Shown piece by piece: positions 63,559 through 64,000 of a stretch of DNA of 64,000 bases (its first letter is position 1; each line of letters starts with the position of its first letter). The translations under genes and the position numbers were made by a program. The notes under the pieces are model-generated. The model made no database searches, was not told the DNA's origin, and was given only the letters and a program-made list of their open reading frames with translations. The DNA is from a virus (Duplodnaviria > Caudoviricetes), in IMG/VR virus record IMGVR_UViG_2864522212_000004, positions 64,001-128,000 of that record; one strand, written 5' to 3'.

Positions 63559-64000
63559 ATGGCAGATTTTCCATGGAACAACAATTTCGGCACCCCGACC
63601 CCAGCCCCGGCGCCGGTCGACGATTCCAAGCCGGTGAACGAAGCCGGGCAAGCGGACGATTCTGAGAACTGGTCGGCATCGGGCGAGGATTCTCAGCCTG
63701 ACGTCCAGCCGGAAGAGACGGATTCCGTCGATGAGACAACGCCCGACCGTGAGGAAGAAACCTCCGTCAAGGGTGCCAAGACCACGCGGCGCAAGACCGC
63801 GAAGAAAAACTCGTCCTTCCCTCATTTGGAAGCCGCCTCGTACGCGAAGATCAAGGACATGCTCGACGTTCTTTCCGATGACCGTACCGCGAACATCGCC
63901 AAGATTCTGTGCGAGACCAGCAAGACCGACGCTCCGGTTCTGCTTGAGGTGTTGACGGAAACCAAGACGCGGAAGCGGGTCGCCGAATTCTCCAAGTTCG
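63559..64000 (+). CDS. Hypothetical protein (runs off the window edge)
   Basis: RBS AAGGGAG; manual translation MADFPWNNNFGTPTPAP... open to the edge. Confidence 0.7.
   Translation, partial: MADFPWNNNFGTPTPAPAPVDDSKPVNEAGQADDSENWSASGEDSQPDVQPEETDSVDETTPDREEETSVKGAKTTRRKTAKKNSSFPHLEAASYAKIKDMLDVLSDDRTANIAKILCETSKTDAPVLLEVLTETKTRKRVAEFSKF

Overview
A high-GC (about 60%) segment of a large actinobacterial conjugative element. Codon style, LAxTG/LPxTG surface proteins and gene content suggest a Bifidobacterium conjugative megaplasmid or ICE of the pMP7017 type (inference, not database-checked). From left to right: (1) divergent operons of small accessory genes (metallophosphoesterase, LPD28-like protein) hit by an IS607 (tnpA+tnpB) and a tnpB-only IS200/IS605 element; (2) a yefM-yoeB toxin-antitoxin pair; (3) an LASTG adhesin, ssb, an orphan DNA methyltransferase and an orphan HigA; (4) about 17 kb of surface-protein genes (CAP coiled-coil protein, class C sortase, a roughly 2280-aa five-module tip adhesin, major pilin, two LASTG proteins); (5) a phage-like switch (cro / XRE repressor / ImmA-like peptidase, three operators) in front of a phage-type replication initiator with internal repeats; (6) an IS605; (7) a long operon of small anti-defence-like genes (LPD29-like, DUF3310, tandem Lar-like, truncated dam); (8) parA with a small partner and a transfer region (HNH nuclease, VirB8/VirB6/VirB3/VirB2-like proteins, coupling ATPase, Replic_Relax-like protein, MinD/CpaE ATPase). 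The most notable signals are non-coding. Six copies of a conserved promoter/operator ('Box A') head the ssb, par and anti-defence-like operons. A second motif (CGGT-N17-CGGT) marks five surface/transfer promoter regions. Two otherwise unrelated Box A-linked proteins share an N-terminal leader of about 40 aa. No CRISPR array, tRNA or rRNA gene was seen.
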